A DNA stretch of 64,000 nucleotides, taken from assembly GCA_963827425.1 (NCBI GenBank), contig CAWHAQ010000002.1:515106-579105 (forward strand), read 5' to 3'. Positions 1 through 8,181 of this stretch are shown one piece after another (the stretch's first letter is position 1; the number at the start of each line of letters is the position of its first letter). Source of the DNA: an uncultured beta proteobacterium. GTDB taxonomy: Bacteria > Pseudomonadota > Gammaproteobacteria > Burkholderiales > Usitatibacteraceae. A program made the position numbers and the translations under genes. The notes under the pieces are model-generated. The model saw only the letters and a list, made by a program, of their open reading frames with translations. It searched no databases and was not told the DNA's origin.

Positions 1-309
1 TTCAAGAATTAGATGCTCGAGCCGCGAAAAGCCTAGACAACTCCCGAAGGTCGGGCCTACGAGGAGAAGGCGAACAACGCCTTTTGGGACGGCGCCACAT
101 TCATGGGCGAGTGTGCTCCTGCCAATCCGAAGTTGCCGGACCCGATCACCGTTTACGTTGAAATTCTGCCAGACGGCCGCATGGGACAGCTGGAAATAAC
201 TCCGATGACCGCCGTAGCAAATTGCATCAAGGAGCGCAGACGGGCTGTGACATTTCCAAAACCTCCTGAGCAATACGTATTGAAGCTCGAGCTACGATTC
301 ACCAAGTGA
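1..309 (+). CDS. Cassette 1, partial hypothetical protein (5' end outside window, probable indel near 35)
   Basis: ORF 103-309 ends just before attC1; upstream frame is open except for one shift. Confidence 0.6.
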
Positions 310-313
310 AGAC

Positions 314-439
314 ATATAACAACGCGTTGGAGCGGACCGTGGACTATTGTGGGCCGCACCCTGGTTGCCAGCAAACTGCTGGCTCGCTCTGCATGCGGCA
401 AGCGGCAGCGTGGTCGGCCGCTCAACGCAGCCGTTAGCT
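314..439 (+). repeat. attC site 1 (126 bp class)
   Basis: ATATAAC...GTTGGAGC...GCTCAAC...GTTAGCT. Confidence 0.92.
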
Positions 440-448
440 GGCAATCCA

Positions 449-772
449 ATGACACGCACCGGTCCCTTCTCCATCGTCCTGGCAATTTGCGTTGTATCGC
501 CATTGCAAGCGGCCGAGAAGTCGCCTCGAATCTCCATCAATGGGGCAGTACGCGTGGCGGCTCAGCTCTTTCCGGACATCTGTGGCGCCCACGGTCAAAT
601 GTGCTCCATCACCATCGACGGCCGAGCCGAGTGCCCAAACGAGCTATTCATCACATTCCCGGCCAAGAACACGCCGAGCCAGGAGCCGAGCGGAGCCTGG
701 GTGGCACTTGACGCAAGGGGCAAGCCCATCGCAATCGGCAGCTCGAAGAGGGTCGTATGCGGAAAGGTGTAG
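449..772 (+). CDS. Cassette 2, small exported hypothetical protein
   Basis: ATG just after R'; signal-peptide-like N-terminus (IVLAICVVSPLQA); several Cys. Confidence 0.7.
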   Translation: MTRTGPFSIVLAICVVSPLQAAEKSPRISINGAVRVAAQLFPDICGAHGQMCSITIDGRAECPNELFITFPAKNTPSQEPSGAWVALDARGKPIAIGSSKRVVCGKV

Positions 773-788
773 TCGTTGCAAACATGCC

Positions 789-887
789 AGCTAACAACGC
801 GTTGGAGCCGACCGTGAAACTGTTGTGGGCCGCGTCTGGCCGCGGCGAGACGGTCGGTGGCCGGCCGGCTCAACTCGGCCGTTAGGC
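789..887 (+). repeat. attC site 2 (99 bp class)
   Basis: AGCTAAC...GTTAGGC. Confidence 0.93.
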
Positions 888-890
888 GTC

Positions 891-1407
891 ATGAGGCGAT
901 ATGCGGGCTTCTTCGAGTGGTTCGATCAGGGGCAAAAGGAACTCGGCGTCGTCGAAGACTTGCTCGAGTCCTTGAACCGCGCCGGGGCTAATCTGTCGTC
1001 GCCACGGTTGCAGCGGCCGGATCCACCCGACTGCGTTTGTCGAGACGCGCGCGGAAACAGTGTCGCGATCGAGGTCACGGAGGTGGTCTGCGAAGAGGCA
1101 GCGCGGCTCACCGCGCAAGGCCATGACGTAGTGCGCGTGTGGAAACCTGGCAAGTTGCGCGAGCACGTAGCAGCGCGGCTTTCGGACAAAGACTCGAAGC
1201 GTTTCAACGGTGGACCATTCGCGGAAACCGTGGTTTGTCTCTTCACCGATGAGCCTATGCTGACACCCCCGCAGGTTCAAGACGGAGCTCCGTGCAGCGT
1301 CGTTCGGTCCATTCAAACAAGTCACAGCGGCGTACCTAGTTATGTCATACGATCCAAGCACGAAGTTATATCCAGTTGTGCCATTGAAGGTAAGCCATGA
1401 CGCCTAA
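891..1407 (+). CDS. Cassette 3, PD-(D/E)xK nuclease-like hypothetical protein (probable indel near 1284)
   Basis: DPPD...IEVTE motif; the alternative frame after ~1284 reads ELRAASF...YLVMSYDP...SHDA to the TAA in R''. Confidence 0.6.
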
Positions 1408-1500
1408 CAACGCGTTGGAGCCGACCGGGAAACACTTGTGGGCCGCGTCTGGCCGCGGCAAGACGGCTGGTGGCCGGCCGGCTCAACTCGGCCGTTAGCC
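1402..1500 (+). repeat. attC site 3 (99 bp class)
   Basis: GCCTAAC...GTTAGCC. Confidence 0.93.
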
Positions 1501-1506
1501 ATCTTC

Positions 1507-1996
1507 ATGGAAACGTCGTTGCAAGAGCTCCACATTGGACGTCTCACCGGCGGTCGCGAAGCAAATCGCAGTTGATTGGCGGTGGCTCTTGCCTGAGGAC
1601 ATGAGCGTACGGGCAGTTTCAGCTATCGGTGACGCATTCCTATCTAACGCACTTGGGCACGTCTTTTTGTTGGACGTCGCCGCAGCCGGGTTGACCGAAA
1701 TCCTGGATTCATTTGCTCACTTCGAGACTTTGAAGAACAAGGGTGAGGCGTCCGAAGAACTCTTCGCTCAGAATCTCGTTGGGCGCCTTGTGCAGCGACA
1801 TGGCCAGCTTCCCCGGGATCGTGTTTCAGCATCACTGTTCCGCTTACCCTAGGCGGCAAACTCGGACCCCGACAATTTTAGAGTCATGGATATGGCGTCG
1901 CACTTCCGAGCGCTGGGAAAGATCCAAGAGCAGGCGCTTCAGCTGCCAATCGGGGCCAAAATCGATCGCGTCGTAAGGGGAAATGAAGATGGCTAA
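1507..1996 (+). CDS. Cassette 4, Tdi1/DUF1851-like T6SS immunity protein (frameshifted)
   Basis: Joined frames give WRWLLP...IGDAFL...GSCFSITVPLTLGG...DNF...HFRALGKIQEQ...LPIG, typical of DUF1851. Confidence 0.65.
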
Positions 1997-2086
1997 CAAT
2001 GCGTTGGAGCGGACCGTGAGGCACGGTGGGCCGCGTCTGGCCGCGGCACGAGCAGCGTGGCCGGCCGCTCAACGCGATCGTTAGCC
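1991..2086 (+). repeat. attC site 4 (96 bp class)
   Basis: GGCTAAC...GTTAGCC. Confidence 0.93.
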
Positions 2087-2094
2087 TTCAGCAA

Positions 2095-2433
2095 ATGGAC
2101 GCGTCGTGCCCGTACTGCCACAAATCGCTAACGTGGAAAGTCCTGGCCTATTCGAGCACCGATGGTCCGTGGCTCTTTCGTAAGCCCACGGTTGCGCGCT
2201 GCCCATATTGTGGCGGTGTGCTGATTACGAACGTCCATCCGAAGGAGCAGCTCCTGCTCAAACTGGCGGTGGTAGGACTCTTTGCAATCATCTTCGCGGC
2301 ACTTGTCGCAGGTACGGCCGTCGCGTTGGTGGTTGCTGTGGCATCGTTCCTTGCAATAGGAATCGGGGCCGCATACATTCATGCGAAATACCTCGTAGGG
2401 TGGTCGCGGTATGTGCAAAGGGCTGAAGGCTAA
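2095..2433 (+). CDS. Cassette 5, zinc-ribbon (2x CPYC) membrane protein
   Basis: Two CPYC motifs followed by two hydrophobic helices; stop TAA in R''. Confidence 0.75.
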   Translation: MDASCPYCHKSLTWKVLAYSSTDGPWLFRKPTVARCPYCGGVLITNVHPKEQLLLKLAVVGLFAIIFAALVAGTAVALVVAVASFLAIGIGAAYIHAKYLVGWSRYVQRAEG

Positions 2434-2523
2434 CAACGCGTTGGAGCGGACCGTGAGGCATCGTGGGCCGCGTCTGGCCGCGGCATCGGTAGCGTGGCCG
2501 GCCGCTCAACGCGGCCGTTAGCC
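2428..2523 (+). repeat. attC site 5 (96 bp class)
   Basis: GGCTAAC...GTTAGCC. Confidence 0.93.
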
Positions 2524-2547
2524 AGCGATAAACGAGCGGCGTACAAT
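2518..2547 (+). promoter_or_regulatory. Putative cassette promoter (TTAGCC-18-TACAAT)
   Basis: TACAAT at 2542-2547 upstream of the TA pair. Confidence 0.5.
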
Positions 2548-2574
2548 TATTGAAGCACCGATCCAGGTCCAAAC

Positions 2575-2775
2575 ATGGGCGCCGTCGAGAAACTCGAACT
2601 ACTCATCAAGAGCCTCACTGCTCAGGAGCTCGCGCAGTTCCGGGAGTGGTTTGCTGAGTTCGACGCCCAGCTTTGGGATCGTCAAATTGAAGCCGACGCG
2701 GCAGCGGGGAAACTTGACCGCCTCATCGAAGAATCGATGGCCGAACACAGGGCACAGAAAACCCGGCCGCTTTGA
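2575..2775 (+). CDS. Cassette 6, putative antitoxin
   Basis: 66 aa acidic protein with WDRQIEAD...GKLD motif; overlaps the toxin start. Confidence 0.8.
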   Translation: MGAVEKLELLIKSLTAQELAQFREWFAEFDAQLWDRQIEADAAAGKLDRLIEESMAEHRAQKTRPL

Positions 2776-3026
2776 AGCACACGGCATCGGTCCGGTTCTG
2801 GGCGCTCTACGATGCGCTACCAGCCCGCGTACGAGCAATTGCCGACAAGAACTTCCAACTCCTCAAGTCCGATCCAAAGCATCCGTCACTTCATTTCAAG
2901 CGTCTCGGCAAGGTCTGGTCGGTGCGCGTCGGTGAACATCATCGTGCGCTGGGCCACGAGGTTCCGGGCGGCGTCCAATGGTTCTGGATCGGGAGCCACG
3001 CTGAATATGATCACATCGCTGGCTAA
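2772..3026 (+). CDS. Cassette 6, RelE/ParE-like toxin
   Basis: 84 aa basic protein with HPSLHFK...SVRVG...WIGSHAEYD. Confidence 0.82.
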   Translation: MKHTASVRFWALYDALPARVRAIADKNFQLLKSDPKHPSLHFKRLGKVWSVRVGEHHRALGHEVPGGVQWFWIGSHAEYDHIAG

Positions 3027-3119
3027 CAACGCGTTGGAGCCGACCGTGAACTGTTCGTGGGCCGCGTCTGGCCGCGGCAAGACGGTCGGTGGCCGGCCGG
3101 CTCAACTCGGCCGTTAGAC
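3021..3119 (+). repeat. attC site 6 (99 bp class)
   Basis: GGCTAAC...GTTAGAC. Confidence 0.93.
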
Positions 3120-3122
3120 GTC

Positions 3123-3410
3123 ATGGACGCGTTCGAGCTATTGGATGCAGTTGAGAACGAGGAGACGTTTCTTGTCTTTGTTCGCGCCCTTGAAGCGAAT
3201 CGCCTCGAATCCATGAAACTCGAAACAGCATCGCCGAGCTCGCCGTATGTCCCCGACGCAGGAGGTTGGGAGAACACAACCATCGAGTCGTTCCTGGAAG
3301 CGGCAATCGCGTGGGCTGAGGCGTCGTCGAAGTCTGGCTCATCTCAAAGAATTGAGAATCCGTGGAAGTGGTTCGCGCACTTCCTATACTGCGGCAAGAT
3401 ATACGAGTGA
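3123..3410 (+). CDS. Cassette 7, small acidic immunity-like hypothetical protein
   Basis: WENTTIESFLEAAIAW...W..FA..L..GKIYE motif. Confidence 0.7.
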   Translation: MDAFELLDAVENEETFLVFVRALEANRLESMKLETASPSSPYVPDAGGWENTTIESFLEAAIAWAEASSKSGSSQRIENPWKWFAHFLYCGKIYE

Positions 3411-3417
3411 ACATGAC

Positions 3418-3513
3418 GTCTAACAACGCGTTGGAGCAGAGCGGGGAAAATCGTGGGCCGCGTCTGGCCGCGGCACGGGCACCGTGGCCGCCTGCTCAAC
3501 GCAGCCGTTAGGT
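3418..3513 (+). repeat. attC site 7 (96 bp class)
   Basis: GTCTAAC...GTTAGGT with compensatory GAGCAG/CTGCTC change. Confidence 0.92.
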
Positions 3514-3520
3514 GTCATCA

Positions 3521-4093
3521 GTGCAGCATCGCGTAGTTGCCATCGCATGCGCAATCATGGCCGTGAGTATTGCCGACGCAAAGGACGAGTCGTTCTCGGG
3601 GTGCTGGCCGATCACCTTAGCCGACGCAGAGCCATTCAATCCGCCGTCATTTGCTCGATACGCCGCGGCCCCGCAGCTCGGACAAGAGCCGGTGCCCGTG
3701 GATCTTTCTAGCCATCCTCGAGCTAAGACATTCCGCACAGTCCTTCGTCGCGGGGCGAAAGCCGGGCCGAACTTTGCGGGCCACTACACGATTGTTGGCT
3801 GGGGATGCGGCACTTCTTGCTTAGACTTTGCGATCGTCGATGCGCGTAATGGCGCGGTCTACTTTCCACCTTTTGGTGCTGTGAGTTCAGTGCACGTCGG
3901 CGAAATGGCAAGCGAACCAATGCCTGACCATTGGGCGCTTAGGTATCGCCTCGACAGCTCACTTCTCGTGGTTCTCGGTGCGCCTGACGATGATGAAAAG
4001 CGCGAGGGAATTTCGTACTATCGATGGAACGGGAAGAAGCTGCTCCATGTGCTAAATCTCAGGAGTCTCAAGGATAGGGATTGCCAACGATGA
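3521..4093 (+). CDS. Cassette 8, exported hypothetical protein
   Basis: Signal peptide; GPNFAGHYTIVGWGCGTSC motif; start uncertain (GTG 3512 or 3521). Confidence 0.75.
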   Translation: MQHRVVAIACAIMAVSIADAKDESFSGCWPITLADAEPFNPPSFARYAAAPQLGQEPVPVDLSSHPRAKTFRTVLRRGAKAGPNFAGHYTIVGWGCGTSCLDFAIVDARNGAVYFPPFGAVSSVHVGEMASEPMPDHWALRYRLDSSLLVVLGAPDDDEKREGISYYRWNGKKLLHVLNLRSLKDRDCQR

Positions 4094-4094
4094 C

Positions 4095-4193
4095 ACCTAA
4101 CAACGCGTTGGAGCCGACCGGGGAACGTTGGTGGGCCGCGTCTGGCCGCGGCAAAACGGTCGGTGGCCGGCCAGCTCAACTCGGCCGTTAGAG
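4095..4193 (+). repeat. attC site 8 (99 bp class)
   Basis: ACCTAAC...GTTAGAG. Confidence 0.93.
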
Positions 4194-4200
4194 GTCACCC

Positions 4201-4647
4201 GTGGAAGTCATCGCGTGGTTGCTGATCATAGGCGCGGTGCTTTGGTTCGGGGCGCAGATTAGGCGGGGGTATCGTGGAGATGACTTGCCCGCCGCGCCAC
4301 GTAGCGCCGAGCACGGGTCATTCACCGTCGAGGTCGTTGGTGAGTCGCACTACCAAGCGGCGTTGGAGCGCATATGCGGTGGCCGGAGCGAAAATGGGGC
4401 TGAAAAATACGTGACTGCCGTTCTTGTGCTCGAGGACTCGAACCCTTACGACGAGAATGCTGTTCGCGTCGACATCGCCGGAGTCACGGTTGGTTACCTA
4501 TCTCGTTACGCTGCAAAGGCCTATCGACAGCGCCTCGAAGGTTCTGGCGGTACTGGCGCCCGTGAGTGTCCGGCTGTGATTCGTGGCGGGTGGGACCGCG
4601 GGCAAAATGATCGGGGAAACTTCGGAGTAAGGCTTGAGCTCTCGTAA
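4201..4647 (+). CDS. Cassette 9, membrane-anchored HIRAN-domain protein
   Basis: N-terminal TM helix; VVGESHYQ...EDSNPYDENAVRV...VGYL HIRAN signature. Confidence 0.78.
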   Translation: MEVIAWLLIIGAVLWFGAQIRRGYRGDDLPAAPRSAEHGSFTVEVVGESHYQAALERICGGRSENGAEKYVTAVLVLEDSNPYDENAVRVDIAGVTVGYLSRYAAKAYRQRLEGSGGTGARECPAVIRGGWDRGQNDRGNFGVRLELS

Positions 4648-4653
4648 AGTGAC

Positions 4654-4779
4654 CTCTAACAACGCGTTGGAGCGGACCGTGGACTATCGTGGGCCGCACT
4701 CTGGTTGCCAACAGGTCGTTGGCTGGCTCTGCATGCGGCAAGCGGCATCGCAGCCGGCCGCTCAACTCAGGCGTTAGCC
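4654..4779 (+). repeat. attC site 9 (126 bp class)
   Basis: CTCTAAC...GTTAGCC; near copy of attC1. Confidence 0.93.
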
Positions 4780-4786
4780 TTCACGA

Positions 4787-5548
4787 ATGGTCACTTCTCG
4801 AACTCTTTGCATCGCAGCGGTCCTTCTATCAGCCTTTCGAGCCTGCGCAGCAGAGCCCGGCGCGGATGTTCGTCTTCGGGAAGCGATGGCCGTCTGCGAC
4901 AACATGTCAATGTACGTTGACTCCGCGAAGCGCGAGCACGGAAAGGGCATGCCACTTTCGACCGCGAAGGACCTTGTTACTGCGCTAATGAACAAGAATC
5001 TCAACGTCCGAGAAGACGTGAAGGCAGGAGCCATTGGGTTAGCGCAACAAATCTATGAGTTTGTGTACGCCCATCCCGATCCGGCGTCGCTTTCAACAGA
5101 GGACGTCCTAAAGGCTACCTGCGGCAGTTATCGCGGCTATAACTTGCCGACGGCGAGCGTAAATCGTCACATTGATTCCACCGTGCAATCGGCCTGGGAT
5201 CCAATGCAACGTGTGCCTTTGTGTACGAAGTTTGCACAGTCAGCAGCCAATGTTGCGACGGCAAGGGACAAGGGTATGTCGAGGGAAGAGATTTCGAGAA
5301 TCGCAAGTGATGTTCTCAAGAACGATTTCTTTACTTTACGAAGGCTGCCGCTGCTAACGGAGTGGGTGTACGCAACCCCGCTAGTGCCAGTCGCGGAAAT
5401 TTATGCGTTCAGCTATTTCACTTGTCGCGCGGAGAACGAGGATCGTCCATCGCCGACATTCGAGGGCGTGCATAATGGGTTGGTCAAGTGCTCCACTTTG
5501 AAACGTGAAGAGCGCGAGGCTTGCACACTGAGGCTACTGGGGCAGTGA
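4787..5548 (+). CDS. Cassette 10, exported hypothetical protein with internal duplication
   Basis: 253 aa; signal peptide; repeated C...KGM...VY...TC pattern. Confidence 0.75.
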   Translation: MVTSRTLCIAAVLLSAFRACAAEPGADVRLREAMAVCDNMSMYVDSAKREHGKGMPLSTAKDLVTALMNKNLNVREDVKAGAIGLAQQIYEFVYAHPDPASLSTEDVLKATCGSYRGYNLPTASVNRHIDSTVQSAWDPMQRVPLCTKFAQSAANVATARDKGMSREEISRIASDVLKNDFFTLRRLPLLTEWVYATPLVPVAEIYAFSYFTCRAENEDRPSPTFEGVHNGLVKCSTLKREEREACTLRLLGQ

Positions 5549-5549
5549 A

Positions 5550-5669
5550 GCCTAACAACGCGTTCGAGGCGGACCGTGATGCATCGTGGCCGCACCGTGC
5601 GCGCGATGGCCTGCGTGCTTGCCAGTGCGGAGACGCATCGTGGCCGGCCGCTCAACGCAGCCGTTAGGC
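5550..5669 (+). repeat. attC site 10 (120 bp variant)
   Basis: GCCTAAC...GTTAGGC. Confidence 0.9.
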
Positions 5670-5672
5670 AGC

Positions 5673-6176
5673 ATGAGATACAGCGTCGTCCCAATTAACG
5701 AGGGGCACGTCACCGGGTTCCACGCCGCACTTGACTATGTCGCGCGGGAGCGTAGCTATTTGGCGTTCTTGGAGGCGCCGCCGTTGGAGGAGACACGCAA
5801 ATTCGTTCTAGAGAATCTCAAGAATAACAACCCCGCATACGTTGCTATCGCGGAACAAACCGTGGCTGGCTGGTGCGATGTCATTCGCATTCCGCGCGAC
5901 ACTTTGAGGCATTGTGGAATGCTTGGTATCGCGCTACTTCCCGCATTCCGAGGTGCTGGGCTGGGTCGCCAGCTCATGGAAGCCACGATTACTGCTGCCT
6001 GGGACCGTGATTTCACGAGGATTGAACTCACCGTGCGCGAGGACAATGTGCGAGCAATTGCACTCTACAAGCGGCTCGGGTTCGAACTCGAGGGCGTTCG
6101 TCGGAATGGGTTTCGCGTTGATGGGCAGTACCGCAATGTTCTCTCCATGGCATTGCTCAAAGACCATGCTGCCTAA
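5673..6176 (+). CDS. Cassette 11, GNAT acetyltransferase
   Basis: FRGAGLG motif A, N..A..LY.R.GF..EG. Confidence 0.88.
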   Translation: MRYSVVPINEGHVTGFHAALDYVARERSYLAFLEAPPLEETRKFVLENLKNNNPAYVAIAEQTVAGWCDVIRIPRDTLRHCGMLGIALLPAFRGAGLGRQLMEATITAAWDRDFTRIELTVREDNVRAIALYKRLGFELEGVRRNGFRVDGQYRNVLSMALLKDHAA

Positions 6177-6266
6177 CAACGCGTTGGAGCGGACCGGGAA
6201 AAATCGTGGGCCGCGTCTTTCCGCGGCACGGCCATCGTGGCCGGCCGCTCAACGCAGCCGTTAGAT
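6171..6266 (+). repeat. attC site 11 (96 bp class)
   Basis: GCCTAAC...GTTAGAT. Confidence 0.93.
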
Positions 6267-6287
6267 GGCAGCGAAGGGGCATCGGGG

Positions 6288-6596
6288 ATGCGCAACCTAC
6301 TTTTCGCGGTGATCTGCGGTATCGCATTCGGAGCGTTGGCCGTGCTTCTCATGCTTCCCATGCAATTCCCGAACAAACGAACAGCACTAGCCGCGGCATT
6401 TGCCAGCCGATTCGCTATCGGGTTTGTCGTGCCCCTTGTCGCGCTTCCTGTTGCCGGCTTTGCGAAGGGCGCGTTGATCGGCCTGCTCATCAGCCTTCCG
6501 GACGCGATCGTGACGCGCGCCTATGGCCCAATCTTGGTGGTCGGTGTCATGGGCGGCGCACTCATCGGTTGGCTGTCTACGTATGCTGCCATCTAA
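6288..6596 (+). CDS. Cassette 12, small multi-pass membrane protein
   Basis: Four hydrophobic segments; stop TAA in R''. Confidence 0.78.
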   Translation: MRNLLFAVICGIAFGALAVLLMLPMQFPNKRTALAAAFASRFAIGFVVPLVALPVAGFAKGALIGLLISLPDAIVTRAYGPILVVGVMGGALIGWLSTYAAI

Positions 6597-6689
6597 CAAC
6601 GCGTTGGAGTCGACCGGGAAACAGCTGTGGGCCGCGTCTCGCCGCGGTAAGACAGCCAGCGGCCGGCCGGCTCAACGCAGCCGTTAGGC
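6591..6689 (+). repeat. attC site 12 (99 bp class)
   Basis: ATCTAAC...GTTAGGC. Confidence 0.92.
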
Positions 6690-6745
6690 TGCATAGAATT
6701 GTCGGCGTAAAGTCTTAAGACGGCTTTTCCGGCGAGGGACGACTC

Positions 6746-7021
6746 ATGAAATTCAATCTCAGGGCGGTGGCACTGGCGGGTGGTTTGTTTTGGGGCGTCG
6801 CAATACTTGCTCTCGCTTCGGCAAATCTCGTCTGGCCTGATTATGGTCTTGCCGTCCTTAACTGGGCGGCCTCGGTGTATCCGGGCTATCACCCGGGTAC
6901 AGGCGTCGGTTCTGTGGTCACTGGCACTCTCTATGCGTTTGTAGACGGAGCTGTGGCTGGGGCTTTGTTTGGGTGGTTGTACAATCGTCTTGCGCATACG
7001 CAAAGGGGCAATGCAGCCTAA
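6746..7021 (+). CDS. Cassette 13, small membrane protein (holin-like family, tentative)
   Basis: 91 aa; SVYPGY...YAFVDG...GWLYN motif; TM helices. Confidence 0.75.
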   Translation: MKFNLRAVALAGGLFWGVAILALASANLVWPDYGLAVLNWAASVYPGYHPGTGVGSVVTGTLYAFVDGAVAGALFGWLYNRLAHTQRGNAA

Positions 7022-7111
7022 CAACGCGTTCGAGCGGACCGTGAGGCGTGGTGGGCCGCGTCTTGCCGCGGCACGGTCATCGTGGCGGGCCGCTCAACTA
7101 GGTCGTTAGGC
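7016..7111 (+). repeat. attC site 13 (96 bp class)
   Basis: GCCTAAC...GTTAGGC. Confidence 0.92.
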
Positions 7112-7142
7112 AGCAACAAGGGCGCGGCGTAAAATTGGCGTC

Positions 7143-7400
7143 ATGCCCGAAATCAGCCGCTTTCTCGGAATCGTCATCGCGATGTACTACCGGGAACATG
7201 GGCCGGCGCACTTTCATGCGATCTACGGGGATTTCGAGGTCACAGTCGAAATCGAGTCCGGCCGCGTGAACGGCGCTTTGCCGAAGAGGGCACAGTCTCA
7301 CGTGCTGGAATGGCTGGAGCTTCATCGCGCGGAGCTACTGAAGGCTTGGGCGCTCGCACGCGACAGTCGGCCGCTTCCGAAAATTGAGCCATTGGAGTGA
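7143..7400 (+). CDS. Cassette 14, DUF4160-family toxin
   Basis: MPEISRFLGIVIAMYYREHGPAHFHA signature. Confidence 0.85.
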   Translation: MPEISRFLGIVIAMYYREHGPAHFHAIYGDFEVTVEIESGRVNGALPKRAQSHVLEWLELHRAELLKAWALARDSRPLPKIEPLE

Positions 7401-7403
7401 ACC

Positions 7404-7649
7404 ATGATCCCTCGAGTCACCGAAGCTCGCTACATGTCCGGCCGCACCATCTGGCTTCGCTTCAGCGATGGCGCAGAAGGAGAGATTGATCTTTCGGCCG
7501 AGATTCACGGCGAGATTTTTGAGCCATTGCGCGATATCGAGTATTTCCGCAGCTTCGAGGTCAATCGCGAACTCGGCACCGTTGTATGGCCGAACGGAGC
7601 GGACTTTGCGCCTGAGTTCCTGCGTGCATCGGTCAAGGTTGCTGCCTAA
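7404..7649 (+). CDS. Cassette 14, DUF2442-family antitoxin
   Basis: LRFSDG..G..DL...F..L...F...GTVVWPNGADFAPE. Confidence 0.85.
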   Translation: MIPRVTEARYMSGRTIWLRFSDGAEGEIDLSAEIHGEIFEPLRDIEYFRSFEVNRELGTVVWPNGADFAPEFLRASVKVAA

Positions 7650-7739
7650 CAACGCGTTGGAGCGGACCGTGAGGCAGGATGAGCCGCGTCTGGCCGCGGC
7701 ACGGGCACCGTGCCCGGCCGCTCAACGCAGCCGTTAGGC
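7644..7739 (+). repeat. attC site 14 (96 bp class)
   Basis: GCCTAAC...GTTAGGC. Confidence 0.93.
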
Positions 7740-7745
7740 GTCACG

Positions 7746-8165
7746 ATGAAGTGCGTCTCGGCATTGGCGATCGTTCTTGTACTGGGCGCTTGTGCCATAG
7801 CGCCAAACGATGAGCGTCTTGGTGGCCTGTGGACTTTGCGCATTCGCAACTTGGAGCATCGAGAGGTTTCCGTGGCCACGATCAGATTTACTGAGGATTC
7901 CGCTCGCTCTTGCATCGGTGGAAATTGGAAGCGCGTCATTGTTGAATCAGCAAACGCTACCGATAACAAGTTCTTCCCCTTGGCTGATTCGCTGTCTTAC
8001 GTGGTCGGAAGGTCCGAAATGACCATTGGAAGGAACGAGGTCTGTGATGGCTATCTACACTTACGTGGCAACTTTGAAAACGGGACCGTCCGTGGAGCCT
8101 ACGTCGCGCTTGGCCTCGGCGGTGGCGAGGTGCTCGGCGACTTTACCCTTAGCCGAGTGCCGTGA
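7746..8165 (+). CDS. Cassette 15, putative lipoprotein
   Basis: Lipobox LGAC after a hydrophobic signal sequence. Confidence 0.75.
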   Translation: MKCVSALAIVLVLGACAIAPNDERLGGLWTLRIRNLEHREVSVATIRFTEDSARSCIGGNWKRVIVESANATDNKFFPLADSLSYVVGRSEMTIGRNEVCDGYLHLRGNFENGTVRGAYVALGLGGGEVLGDFTLSRVP

Positions 8166-8181
8166 CATTGCGTGTCGTGAC

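Noticed and set aside
347-8165. ORF-track starts inside attC sites (MGRVWPR..., MAGRSTQPL...) and antisense ORFs beginning in attC
   Set aside because: These arise from the GC-rich repeat lacking stops. True starts lie after R', and the frame relationship is not consistent across cassettes.
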